Source: Octopus sinensis (lineage: Eukaryota). Taken from it: DNA of 64,000 nt. The stretch is taken from contig NC_043000.1 of assembly GCF_006345805.1 (NCBI RefSeq), positions 59,334,001-59,398,000 of the forward strand, given 5' to 3'. The notes under the pieces are model-generated. The model saw only the letters and a list, made by a program, of their open reading frames with translations. It was not told the DNA's origin and searched no databases. A program made the position numbers and the translations under genes. This document shows positions 12,587 to 24,480 of the stretch, in pieces; positions within the stretch are counted from its first letter, which is position 1, and each line of letters opens with the position of its first letter.

Positions 12587-14660
12587 CATACATACATACA
12601 TACATACATACATACATACATACATACATACATACGCTATTACTTTTAGCTTCATATATGCTTCAACATTCACCCCCACCCCCAAAGAAATATGTGTCTG
12701 TGTGTTTCTGCGTGATTATATAAAAATATATGTGCAAGCTGGTTAGATACCCTTGTGATACTTGTATAAGGCACTGCTTACAAAGTATTTGCAATCATGT
12801 ATATCGATATGGACCAGAATTGCCAAATTAAAATTCATTTTTATAGCTTGATATGGTGTGGGTTATAGTTAGAATTCTTAAAAAAAAAAACGTTTTTAAA
12901 ATGTACCCAAATAACTAGAAATTTTATTACGAAATTGTTTTAATGTGTTTATGACATTGTTTAAATATATTTTTTAAAGTTTTTAAAAAAATTTTTATAA
13001 CAATAAATTAAAATATTAACTATAATTATCTTAATGTTTGAAGTAGATTGGCTTGGCTCATAAATATTTGCAGTTTCTAGGTTAACATTTTTCTTGTGGC
13101 TTGCTTGTTTGCTAGAGAGTTTCATGACTGAAGTAGCATTTATTATGCCAAATGAAATCAAACTTAAAACATTAAATAACATTGAAAAGCTTTAACTGAA
13201 TTTTAATTCTTAACTTTGATTTAACATTATTAATCCCATTAAATATTCTTTAAAATTATTCATTGAAGTCCGGAAGTATCAAAGTTGAAATTGCTCAGTC
13301 TGTTATTTCTATTTTTATAGGAACTGAATCCAAAAGCATCTTTATATTGATTAACTTCATTCTTCAAAAGGTCAGAATCAGTTTTATTGGTTCAATTTGC
13401 TAACGAAGGAATTTCCTTGAAAGTATCAGATTTAGATGCCTTTGATACCTACTAAATAATTCATCAATGTGAAAGCTACGTTATATGTTTTGGATTCACT
13501 GAGAAACATTTCTAACGGAGAAAAGTATATATTTCTTCTGATCACAAGAATTTTTGCTGTTTTAATCAGCATAAAACATAGAGTTGAATCGCTGATAATA
13601 ATTTTACCATGATTCTTTAAATCTAAATTTCACTTTCAAACATAACCTAAAGAGGGTTTACGACCTAAATGTTTTTCGGTATTACAATACTTCAACTTCG
13701 GAGATTGGAGTTTTAGTTTAGTGTTTGACTTTACCAGTAATGTTAAACTAAGTAATAATTTGGTTTTATTAGCATAATTTGGTTTTATTAGTATAAATAA
13801 AAAAATATGTCAAGATACTTTCATCTGACTATATTTCGTAAAGGATTTCAGCAATACATCACTTTTCAGTATTTCTCATAAATCAAGTCATTGCCCTCTG
13901 GTATAGAGCAGTGGACTGGTGGAATTTTGGGGGCATCGGATGAGATGCCTTGTCATAACTGTTCTGGCTCTTTGTGTTCTGAGTTCAATTCTACCTAAGG
14001 TTGTCTAGGACTAATCACCTGTCAAGAGGGCTATAATTATTTATATCAGCTGCAGTTGGTAGGGGAAGATTGTGGCCGTCTGCTCTGCTGGTCAAACGAT
14101 AATGATGTGTCCTAAACGTACCGAATCTAAATGATGTGTCCTAGATGCACCGAATCTAAATGATGTGTCCTAGAAGCACTGAAAGTAGGATGGTTATGAC
14201 GAGCACGTCCCTGATCTTAGGTCTGCTCGAGCAGAGTTGATATAAAGCTAAACTGCTGTAATTGCATCTTGATCCACATATATAACAACATTTTATACAG
14301 GTATAAATTTTATATCATTTTAATGAATTTCAGCAAACAGTAGCTGATTGCTTTCTAAAAATCATATCAACATTGATAACGTTATAGAACGATTATGATG
14401 TAACGCTGAAAGAACACTTCTTAATCTTTAGCAAAAAAGCAACATATTATGTGATAAAAAATGTTCAAAATGAAAAAAGATTGGTTATTTGATTTTGAAA
14501 AATAGGTTTGACATTTCGCATCAAGCCTACTCTCCATCTCCTGTCGGCACAAATCAAACAAACCAAGTCGAATTATGTATTCTTCTCTAGTGAACAAGAG
14601 AACGTTTACGTAGTCACACGATCTGCAAAAAATAAAAGCCAAACTTTCTAAAATCATACC
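11580..14660 (-). pseudogene. Candidate highly decayed intronless LRR / Toll-like receptor gene
   Basis: Frame-hopping minus-strand translation gives colinear LRR-like fragments (NDIKFIP; FKEIPSLAN; FNGINNVKSKL; LDQYLRILPIAFST; NLHN..LHLSL..SNALT), then an LRR-CT-like ANIFMCLLC (~12170), then weak TIR-like pieces (LCIY ~11890; IVQAL ~11640). Interrupted by a SINE and (TACA)n. Confidence 0.45.
13900..14260 (+). mobile_element. Old SINE-like insert with a ~29-bp tandem repeat (about 2.7 copies, 14100-14180)
   Basis: B-box-like gttctgagttcaattc; unit aatgatgtgtcctagatgcaccgaatcta repeated. Confidence 0.45.
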
Positions 14661-15272
14661 TTACCCTCTTAGAAAGGAAAGAACATATTGAAAGATATCT
14701 TATCTTATCTAGTTTCAGCTCAGGAGCTGTGGCCATGCTGGGGCACCGCCATTCTGCTGGGGCACCGCCATTCACTGAAAGAATAGTCTTAGATATAGAA
14801 AAATATCAACTGGTAAAGCCATGATTGATGAGGGCTAAACAAAAGTATATCTCTTAGGGATTATGAGTTAACTGGTACGGCTCATTTTCGATTTATCAAT
14901 AAAAACAATCATTTCCGCCTCCTGACAAAAGTATATTTAAATTGTATGTAAAAGTAGCTCGCATAAAAGAACGGAATGTAGTATAATTGTCGATACCAGT
15001 CCAGTTATTGTAGATACAACTTTATAGCAATATTATTGCGCAGTTCATAAATCATATAAGAGCCAATAGCATTTCAAAGTCAAAAGGATTGTATGAAATT
15101 ATAGCTGACCCCAAAAGTGACAAGCAATACAGAATAACTTAAACTCACTAACGACTGGAATATTAATATTTTAAAGTATTATTATTGATTTATGAAAATG
15201 GAACTTTGAAACAAAGTATGTATAGACACTGGTTAGTGATACACAAGCAACTGCAAGAGAGAGAAAAAGAGA

Positions 15273-15327
<55 letters not shown>

Positions 15328-16721
15328 CGATGGAGGGGAAGCTGAGATGTGTGTAGTATGAAACCAAAGGAATTAAGTTTGATGACCAATATATTAAATA
15401 ATGGATAAAATCATGTTTGCCTTGTGTCTCAGCACAATGTAATGTTTCTTTCGGACTACTTACGATGACCTAAACGCCAACTCTATGGAAATTATTTCGT
15501 GTAGATGCATATATGGTTCACTAGCGATAGGAGAAAGTATTCTTTGATACTGTTTCACGGTGGCTTGAGACATTTATATTGCATGTTACTTCCACAAAAG
15601 AAATAATAAAATGTTTGTTTACTCTTTCTCTCTCAAAGCAGATTGCAACACCAAAGATTTAATGAAAATGTATGCTTTGATTGTTATATCAAGAAATAGA
15701 ATTTAATAAAAGGTGATTATATTATATTCTAGTAAAACAACATAAAAACAACAAAAATATGTTCATATCTTTGACGTGGGTTATTGTGACAGTTTGTTTG
15801 CTAATTTGATATAATATTTTCAGAACAGTAGAATACTGATTATCAAGATTTCTTCTAAAACAATTATTGCAATGTTTTGAAAATATAAGAGATTACAAAA
15901 ATAAGAAGTGACGTAATAAAGAAAATGAGCAGACTGAAGTTGTGATCGACATCATTTAAAACTGACGTCGACTTCAAAATTATTTAGCATTTATTTTCTC
16001 AGCTAAATCGAGAGCAACATACATTCATTGTTTTTCTTTTATATATATACTCAAATATAATCTTTAAATATTTATGCGATTTCGGTCAATAGGTGACAAT
16101 TTTGTTTACTTTTAAAATATCGTTAGATTTTTTCTGTTTGTACTGTAATCATATATGATAAATATTAGTAAAATTTTGATGATGTATACAAAAATCTAGA
16201 TATAAATAATTAGCAATACCCGTGGAAATTCTATCGCTATTTTGAAAACTGTTAAGATGGTTGGAAGAATATTGAGAACCATGAAATATATAATTTCTTT
16301 TCAAAAGCCACAGCATTTGGGCTGAAACGCATAAAAGAATGTGAAACATCCTGCATATGCAGTATTGAATGTACAGTTTTTAGATGACATCACTGAAAGT
16401 TATATTCTTTTTTATATACATTGATACCTCTTTTACATTGAAAGTTATCTATTATTTTCCACTTTACGCCAAGTGTAAATAATTTTAACTATCGAACGTA
16501 ATTGAAGACATCTGTTGAAATGCCAAATGCAAAGAATCAAATCAACTGAGAAAAGACAGTGGTAAAAGTATTTAGGAATATCAGGGGCAGGTGAAATAAA
16601 ACTTGAAAAAATGAGGCAAATTGCAAGTAGGAGGTATACAAGAAGATTGAGGAAAATATTGGTTTCAAATTTTAGCACAAGGCCAACAATTTCGATTAAA
16701 TCAACCTCTGTGATCAATTGA

Positions 16722-17298
16722 TCAATTGGTACTTATTTTATCAACCCCAAAAGGATGAAAGTCAAAGTCGACCTCGGCAAAATTTGAACTCAGAACGTAA
16801 AGACAGAAAAATGCTGCTAAGCATTTCGTCCAGCATACTAATGATTCTGCCAGCTTGACAAGGTTATATTCAGGAAATGTTAATGAAGCGATTAATTCAA
16901 GAGCAGTGCCGGTTATCAGATATGGAGCTAGAATTGTGCATTGGACAAAAGGCGAAATGCAGAAACAAAAATGATAATAACAACGCCCTTAGTAACACAT
17001 AAATAAAACAATAAATAATGATTTGCTGTTATTTGAGATTTCAGGGAGAGACTTGGAACAGCTCGTATAAAACAATGTAACAACAAGGTAAACAAGAATA
17101 ACAGCAACAATGCGGGCAGCGATATCAGACTACCTCATTTACCAAGTGCTACATATCAGTGGAGGCTTGAAGTAGTGAAAGTGTAGCAAATCTAACGCTG
17201 TCATTGCATAACCGCAGCTCTCGAGCTCGGTGCTCAACTGGTACTAATGTCATCGATTCCGAAAGGATGAAAGGCAAAGTCGACCTCAGTGGTATTTG
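16722..17298 (-). mobile_element. Two truncated family-A SINE fragments (16722-16858 and 17228-17298)
   Basis: Both carry the aaaggatgaaag.caaagtcgacctc core. Confidence 0.75.
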
Positions 17299-17299
17299 T

Positions 17300-17700
17300 T
17301 GCTCATAATGCATGACGCATACCTATCTAAAAGTAATATCAAAAGGCTATATTTATCTGAAAGGGAAGATGGTAGAGGTTTGTCAAACGTAGCAGACACC
17401 ATAAAACCTGTGATTTAGTTTTGGAAAATTGTGTTAGCCTAGTGAGGAAAGACTGTTGTCTACGATTGGGAACATCGAAGAAGACACTGAAATAATCAAA
17501 ATATTTCAAGAATAAATAGAAGACAGAACAAATAACTAGAAACAGAATAAATTATTGGATCAATTTATGCCGCAAATTCAGGAAGGAGAAAGTGAAGAAC
17601 GGTGGTTATGACTGAGAGATGGACATTTGAGAAGAGAAACTGAATCACTAATTATAGTTGCTTGGAAGGAAGCTTTGAAACGAATTTGAAAAGATAAAAA
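17300..17700 (+). mobile_element. Fragment of an RLE-type (R4/Dong/NeSL-like) non-LTR retrotransposon
   Basis: Translates to KSNIKRLYL...GRGL and (W)LRDGHLRRETESLIIVA, typical of the post-RT region of this group; frameshifted. Confidence 0.6.
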
Positions 17701-17766
17701 ATGATAAAACTGTCCTTTATTTGAGACGGGTTTCTAATAAATAAGTAGCCCCTCAAATTTCCTATA

Positions 17767-17811
<45 letters not shown>

Positions 17812-17812
17812 A

Positions 17813-18194
17813 TATATTGAGGGTACTACTATTCGTAGATACCAACACGCTAAGAGGGACCAATGCGGTCAAAACTACTAAAAATAAAGCCCGCCATTTT
17901 CATAGATATGTAAGGATAAACATTCGTACAAGCTACGACGAATTCTACGGTTGGCTATCGAGTTTGTAATGTTATGTTTTTTCTTATATTTCTTGAGTTT
18001 GTTGCACTGACGAACATGAAATGCATATTCTGCATTAAATGCGAAATCACATGTGATATGTAACTGAATTCTTTTTTAAAATGATGTGTTTTGAAGTTTT
18101 GCATTCGGTAAAATTTTGTTTATTTTTAGTAGTTTTGACCGCATTGGTCCCTCTTAGCGTGTTGGTATCTACGAATAGTAGTACCCTCAATATA
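17813..18194. mobile_element. MITE-like element with 76-bp terminal inverted repeats
   Basis: 17813-17888 is the reverse complement of 18119-18194; adjoins (TA)n; parts are reduplicated at ~18383-18598. Confidence 0.7.
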
Positions 18195-18614
18195 ATATAA
18201 ATCAATATTTTCAAAGAGGAAGAATTTACGGATTTTTTCTCTTACGAGGTTTTTCACGCTGACTACTGATAATTTCTTTTAAAGATTTTATCCTCAATTG
18301 TTAATTTATATTTTTCACCGGAATAGTTCAATACTGAATTTTTATTCCGACTAGGCAATTTGTTACCGAAATGCATTGCGAAAAAGCCCGCCATTTTCAT
18401 AGATATGTAAGGATAAACATTCGTACAAGCTACGACGAATTCTACGGTTATGTAGTACCCTCAATATAATATAAATGAATATTTTCAAAGAGGGAGAATA
18501 TTTTCAAAGAGGGAGAATTTACAGATTTTTTCTCTTACGAGGTTTTTCACGCTGACTACTGATAATTTCTTTTAAAGATTTTATCCTCAATTGTTAATAT
18601 ATATATATATATAT

Positions 18615-18965
18615 GGAGGCGCAATGGGCAGCGGACTCGCGGTCATAGGATCGCGGTTTCGATTCCCAGACCGGGCGTTGTGAGTGTTTATTGAGCGAAA
18701 ACACCTAAAGCTCCACGAGGCTCCGGCGGGGGATGGTGGTGATCCCTGCTGTACTCTTTCACCACAACTTTCTCTCACTCTTATTTCAAAGGGCCGGCCT
18801 TGTCACTCTCTGTGTCACGCTGAATATCCCCGAGAACTACGTAAAGGGTACACGTGTCTGTGGAGCGCTCAGCCACTTACACGTTAATTTCACGAGCAGG
18901 CTGTTCCGTTGATTCGGATCAACCGGAACCCTCATCGTCATAACCGACGGAGTGCTTCCATCATC
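18615..18965 (+). mobile_element. Family-C tRNA-derived SINE
   Basis: ggaggcgcaatgg...ggtttcgattcccagaccgggcg head, same as 1925-2186; flanked by (TA)n. Confidence 0.8.
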
Positions 18966-18975
18966 CATATATATA

Positions 18976-19015
<40 letters not shown>

Positions 19016-19211
19016 ATGGATGATGGAAGCATATATATATATACACATATATATATATATCATGTCACGAAATGTGACTAGGATGTTAGGAAACACCTTC
19101 ATTGCTAGAAATACGAGCTAAAATGCTCTAATGTTGTAGTTAACACACATGAATGAAAATATATACACTAGCAAGGACCTGAATCGTTCGAAAAAATGCC
19201 GATCAAAAATT

Positions 19212-19260
19212 CTTAACACTGACGTCTATTTCGGCAATTTCCATTGCCTCATCAGTTAAG
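19212..19260 (-). ncRNA. Type I hammerhead ribozyme fold (cleavage triplet mutated to GUG)
   Basis: CUUAA-CUGAUGA-GGCAAU GGAA AUUGCC-GAA-AUAGACGUCAGU-G-UUAAG: stems I and II pair fully; stem III is mismatched. Confidence 0.7.
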
Positions 19261-19476
19261 TCTATTAGTATGTATCTTTTCTTCATCCATATTAATGGAT
19301 GAATTAGCAATTCGCTAATGTGTATACATAAAATCGATATAAGCAGCAGATTGCAATGTTTCACCAAAAAGGATAATTATAGTTGTCAACAAATTTGACT
19401 AGGGTGTTAAGAAACGCCTACATTGTTAGAAATACGAGCTAAAATGGTCTAATGTATTCACCTTCAGTTGAGCAGG

Positions 19477-19525
19477 CTTAACTGATGAGGCATCGGAAAT
19501 TACCGAAACTGACGTCAGTATCAAG
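19477..19525 (+). ncRNA. Type I hammerhead ribozyme fold (stem II degraded)
   Basis: CUUAA-CUGAUGA-GGCAUCGGAAAUUACC-GAA-ACUGACGUCAGU-A-UCAAG: perfect palindromic stem III and a GUA site. Confidence 0.7.
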
Positions 19526-19702
19526 AATTCTCTATCGGCATTTTTCGGACGATTTAGGTCCCTGTTAGTGTATGTTTTCATTCATCTGCGTTAACAACAG
19601 CATTAGAGCGTTTTTGCTCCTTTTTGTAGCAGTGTTTCTTAACACCCTAATCACATTTAGTAACAATCATAATTCTCCTTTTTGGTGAGACAGTGCAACC
19701 TG

Positions 19703-19746
<44 letters not shown>

Positions 19747-19754
19747 ATATTTAT

Positions 19755-20470
19755 ATATTAGATGTACCCGCCGTGATCCGTTGGGTTACAAACACGCCAA
19801 ATTGAAAATGCTGATGCGTGGCAGCAAAAGAAAAAAATACTATTTCGAACTTCATGCAATAAAATTCTTAAATGATAGTTCTCTTGCCTTTGATGTAACA
19901 ACATAAAACGATCAAGTGTGTCTTTGAAAACGTTTTAATGCCTTCAAGTTTTTTTTTTCTCGCTTTCTTTTTTGCTATTCTCTGTTACTACTGTTCCAAA
20001 TGAAATACATATGATACTTCCAAATGATACTTCAGCATAAAGTAATGATTTTGCAAAGTTATCATTGACGCGCAATGAAAAGAATTCTGTCAATGTTGTT
20101 CTCATGTGTCGTTCATTGACAGCCATATACAATCCTCATTATTTCTGAGCAATATTCTTTGTTCATATGGTAAATGAACTTGTAGTCTCACGATGGCAAG
20201 TGCTCTTTCATGAATTGAAAAATCCTAAAATGGATGCAACTGCTTCAGATGCTTCAATATACCTACCCATTAGATATTAACTAATTTCATTATCATTGTT
20301 TATTTGAACAGCAGCTTGGTCATTTCCTTTCAACGTGTACTTGATGATGTACTTAATTAATATCACTGGGGCACTGATTTCAACGTTGCAGTGACATTTG
20401 ACAATATCTATGACCATACTCAACTGTATACTGTCAACTCACTCCTGCCCTTTCTAAACAGACACAGTCC
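19755..20470 (-). mobile_element. Helitron Rep-region fragment with putative 3' end
   Basis: Fragments KYIIKYTLKG, YLMGRYIEASEA, RLQVHLP and TTLTEFF...FAKSLLYAEV; GC-rich hairpin plus CTAA near 19760. Confidence 0.65.
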
Positions 20471-20926
20471 TCTAGTCTTAGATTTGGTAATTGATAAACA
20501 AGACTAATGAATTAAAACTGAACCAAAATCCGTTACAAGCTATGACACCAACAAACTTTCATACTTTTCCTGATGCCTAGTATATTCTAAGCCACAGTAG
20601 TGGCAGCATGGACTATGTATATCTTCATACTTTATTAGAGTATAAAAGTAAAATTATTTTAATGTGTCCGACTGATTAAAAAATTCTACTTATTTATTTA
20701 TGCAGCTGAGGATAGCCCTGCATTTAAATTGCTGTAATGATTGCATTGTTTAATTAAATGGAGCCGCTTGAAACGTTCGTACAGCATCACCTATGGATAT
20801 CCTGTTGCTTATTTTGATTATATAGATAAAGTATATATAAGGATATTATTGTTTATAATAATATCAGGTGGCAACCATGCGTTAAAAAGGGCACCATAAG
20901 TTAAAAAATTATTAATTAATAATTAA

Positions 20927-21336
20927 TGGTGCTACAAGCAGCACCAGCACGCTAAAAATAGCAGCCAGAAGACGACTACAACCACAAATCTTCACTGATA
21001 CACATTAATTGAAATCGGGGGAATGAACAGAAATTCTTAGCCTCCGTACAAATAACGAAAAGAATCGTAAACTGAAATGCCAGACATACTCGTATCGTCA
21101 TGATTTTGAACTTTGTGAAAATGCCACTTAGTTCTTGTCAGCGAGTCTTACTGACTTGAGTATCATAGAAGACTGCCCATCTCAACTACCGCAGCAAATT
21201 TAAAAAGTTGATCGGAGTGAATAACAAATTATAAAAAATATTTAAAAGCATATTATTGTTTACAATAATATCAAGTGGTTGTAGTCATCTTCTTCTGACT
21301 GCTATTTTTAGCGTGCTGGTGCTGCTTGTAGCACCC
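20927..21336. mobile_element. TTAA-flanked MITE with ~60-bp TIRs (Kolobok-like termini)
   Basis: TTAA|tggtgctacaagcagcaccagcacgctaaaaatagcag ... ctgctatttttagcgtgctggtgctgcttgtagcaccc|TTAA. Confidence 0.75.
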
Positions 21337-21820
21337 TTAAGTATCAATAAATACATACATACATACATACATACATGCATACATACATACATACATACAT
21401 ACATACATACATACATAAATATATATATATACATACATACAATTCATAAATAAGGGCAAACGAAAAAATTTCTAATGCCAAATATGCCGAAAAATTGGAC
21501 ATATTGTTCATTAACCATATAATTTTTTCACAATACGCACGCTACTCGAAAAAAGGTCGACAGAAATTTCTAAAAAATTCCATTATTACCATATCGGACC
21601 GAATTCAGGGTTAGCTCATAACAGCCCTCAGTGATACATGTGGCAAAAGAAATAAATGAGATACTTACTCATACTCATGGAAGAAGCAAACACTAAGTCA
21701 TGAGCACAATTAAGTACCCAAATACATCCAAAATAGAAATACTCCAGCCAATTCGAGGCACGTGCAATTTGAACTGAGGCTCTCACAGAGTGAGATAGTC
21801 CGGAAGTGAACGCTTAAATT

Positions 21821-21894
21821 TATATCTAATGTAGGATAAAATTTTTTTCGAAAGGAATGTTTTTCGAAAAAAATTTTATCCTACATTAGATATA
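21821..21894. repeat. Perfect 33-bp-arm hairpin with 8-nt loop
   Basis: tatatctaatgtaggataaaatttttttcgaaa / ggaatgtt / tttcgaaaaaaattttatcctacattagatata. Confidence 0.9.
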
Positions 21895-21906
21895 CACACA
21901 CACACA

Positions 21907-21962
<56 letters not shown>

Positions 21963-21964
<2 letters not shown>

Positions 21965-22028
21965 TCATCATACCTTTCAATTTAAGTATACATACATACA
22001 TACATACATACATACACACATACATACA

Positions 22029-22064
<36 letters not shown>

Positions 22065-22240
22065 TACTGTTGTGTCTGGGGAGTGTGTTGTTATATTATA
22101 AAGCACAAAAAGAAAATGACTCTCCCCAAACACAACAGAATATGCTTCAACACACGAACTCACATAAAGAATCTTGCAAACCAAATCCCAAAACGAAATA
22201 TATATATATATATATATACATACACACACATACGCGCGCG

Positions 22241-22285
<45 letters not shown>

Positions 22286-22632
22286 ACACATTCATTCAAT
22301 TAATGAACATTATTTTTCTTTTCCAATCTACGACGATTTAGAGTCACTTGCAGTAAGGTTTTTAATAGCTGGATGCACTCCTGTGTTTCAATTAAGGGGT
22401 CATTATATTCTACAGGCATTTGAAATTGCAAAGCAACTACACGAAGCGCTACAATGTTTGTCAACATCAGTACCGGTGTGTTTGGTGACAAAACCTGTCA
22501 CATTATAATTGGTTGCTTTGCAATTCCGAAAACTGGCGTGTATTAGCAACTCGAAAAGCATCCAGCTGTTATAAAACCCGATCTAAACAAAAATGGTAGT
22601 TTGGAGAAAAGAAAAAAGTTAACTGAATGAAT

Positions 22633-22698
<66 letters not shown>

Positions 22699-23142
22699 AT
22701 TCATTCAGTTAACTTTTTTCTTTTTTCCAAACTACCATTTTTGTAGTATCAATAAAGTTAACTGAATGAATGCGCATATATATATATATATGCGCATTCA
22801 TTCAGTTAACTTTTTTCTTTTTTCCAAACTACCATTTTTGTTTAGATCGGGTTTTATAACAGCTGGATGCTTTTCGAGTTGCTAATACACGCCAGTTTTC
22901 GGAATTGCAAAGCAACCAATTATAATGTGACAGGTTTTGTCACCAAACACACCGGTACTGATGTTGACAAACATTGTAGCGCTTCGTGTAGTTGCTTTGC
23001 AATTTCAAATGCCTGTAGAATATAATGACCCCTTAATTGAAACACAGGAGTGCATCCAGCTATTAAAAACCTTACTGCAAGTGACTCTAAATCGTCGTAG
23101 ATTGGAAAAGAAAAATAATGTTCATTAATTGAATGAATGTGT

Positions 23143-23231
<89 letters not shown>

Positions 23232-23251
23232 CGCGCGCGCGTATGTGTGTG

Positions 23252-23282
<31 letters not shown>

Positions 23283-23572
23283 TTCGTTTTGGGATTTGGT
23301 TTGCAAGATTCTTTATGTGTTGAAGCATATTCTGTTGTGTTTGGGGAGAGACCATTTTCTTTTTGTGCTTTATAATATAACAACACACTCCCCAGACACA
23401 ACAGTATATATGTATGTATGTATGTATGTATATATGTATGTATGTATGTGTGTATGTATGTATGTATGTATGTATGTATGTATGTATGTATGTATGTATG
23501 TATGTATGTATGTATGTATGTATGTATGTATGTATGTATGTATGTATACTTAAATTGAAAGGTATGATGAAT
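21963..23572. repeat. ~1.6-kb fold-back inverted duplication with a doubled (TA)n centre
   Basis: 21963-22636 mirrors 22792-23572; the mirrored ORFs in the track (22083+ vs 22920-; 22300- vs 22937+) share identical C-terminal/whole sequences. Confidence 0.92.
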
Positions 23573-24053
23573 AATTTCCAATCGGTTAAAACAACTTTAT
23601 TCCCAAATGATCAAAGATCGAATATAAATATACATTAAAACAATTGGGCACCCAATGGTAAAACCCATCAGTATAAGATATACACATACGCACTAATAAA
23701 AGGTGATAAAACCCTAAAAGGGTAATACGAACAATGTGATAACCAGAAATGTGAAGCTTTTGTAAGTTTTCTTCTGATGAAAAGGTGTTGCCTTTGGATT
23801 TCCGTAATAGATTGTACATTAACGATATGAAGCAGCATCCTTTGAAACGATTGTTGAGATGGGCTTGAATGGACTCTATTCTGGTTACCTTATACTTTAT
23901 TTTTAATATCAATATTCTAGTATCTTTATATATTTATGTTTATATTATTTTAGCCCTGTTGCCTTGAATTTGGTTTTACTATTTAGGGGCCTGATTTATT
24001 TGAATCCTGAACTCTTATATGTGTCTGTGTGGAGTGTGCATATATATTTTTCT

Positions 24054-24278
24054 TTTTACTTGTTTCAGTCATTTGACTGCGGCCATGCTGGAGCACCGCC
24101 TTCAGTCGAGCAAATCAACCCCGGGACTTATTCTTTGTAAGCCCAGTACTTATTCTATCGGTCTCTTTTGCCGAACCGCTAAGTTACAGGGACGTAAACA
24201 CACCAGCATCGGTTGTCAAGCAATGCTAGGGGGACAACACAAACACACAAACACACACACACATACATACATATATAC

Positions 24279-24325
<47 letters not shown>

Positions 24326-24480
24326 CATATATACGACAGGCTTCTTTCAGTTTCTGTCTACCAAATCCACTCACAAGGCATTGGTCAGCCCGGGACTATA
24401 GCAGAAGACACTTGCCCAAGATGCCACGCAGTGGGACTGAACCCGGAACCATGTGGTTGGTTAGCAAGCTACTTACCACT
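24054..24480 (-). mobile_element. Family-B tRNA-derived SINE (CORE-like block, internal microsatellite)
   Basis: Minus strand: cacatggttccgggttcagtcccactgcgtggcatcttgggcaagtgtcttc ... ggcggtgctccagcatggccgcagtcaaatgactgaaacaag. Confidence 0.8.

Larger units (their letters stand above)
19060..19710. mobile_element. Non-coding PLE-like repeat in partly inverted, partly direct arrangement
   Basis: ~19065-19260 is mirrored by ~19477-19655; ~19390-19455 directly repeats ~19065-19130; each arm carries a hammerhead core. Confidence 0.6.

Noticed and set aside
14100-14180. 29-bp direct repeats that could look like a CRISPR array
   Set aside because: Contiguous tandem units with no spacers, in eukaryotic context, with no cas genes.
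15780-16717. Hydrophobic minus-strand ORF fragments suggesting a decayed GPCR or Cys-loop channel
   Set aside because: No diagnostic motif (DRY, NPxxY, Cys-loop) found; T-rich DNA gives hydrophobic peptides by chance. A frameshift-aware search would settle it.
20695-20785. CTGAGGA ... GAAACGT hammerhead-like text; similar eroded cores at ~30420, ~33890, ~41920 and ~53585
   Set aside because: Stems I/II do not pair or core bases are changed; treated as dead PLE-end remnants.
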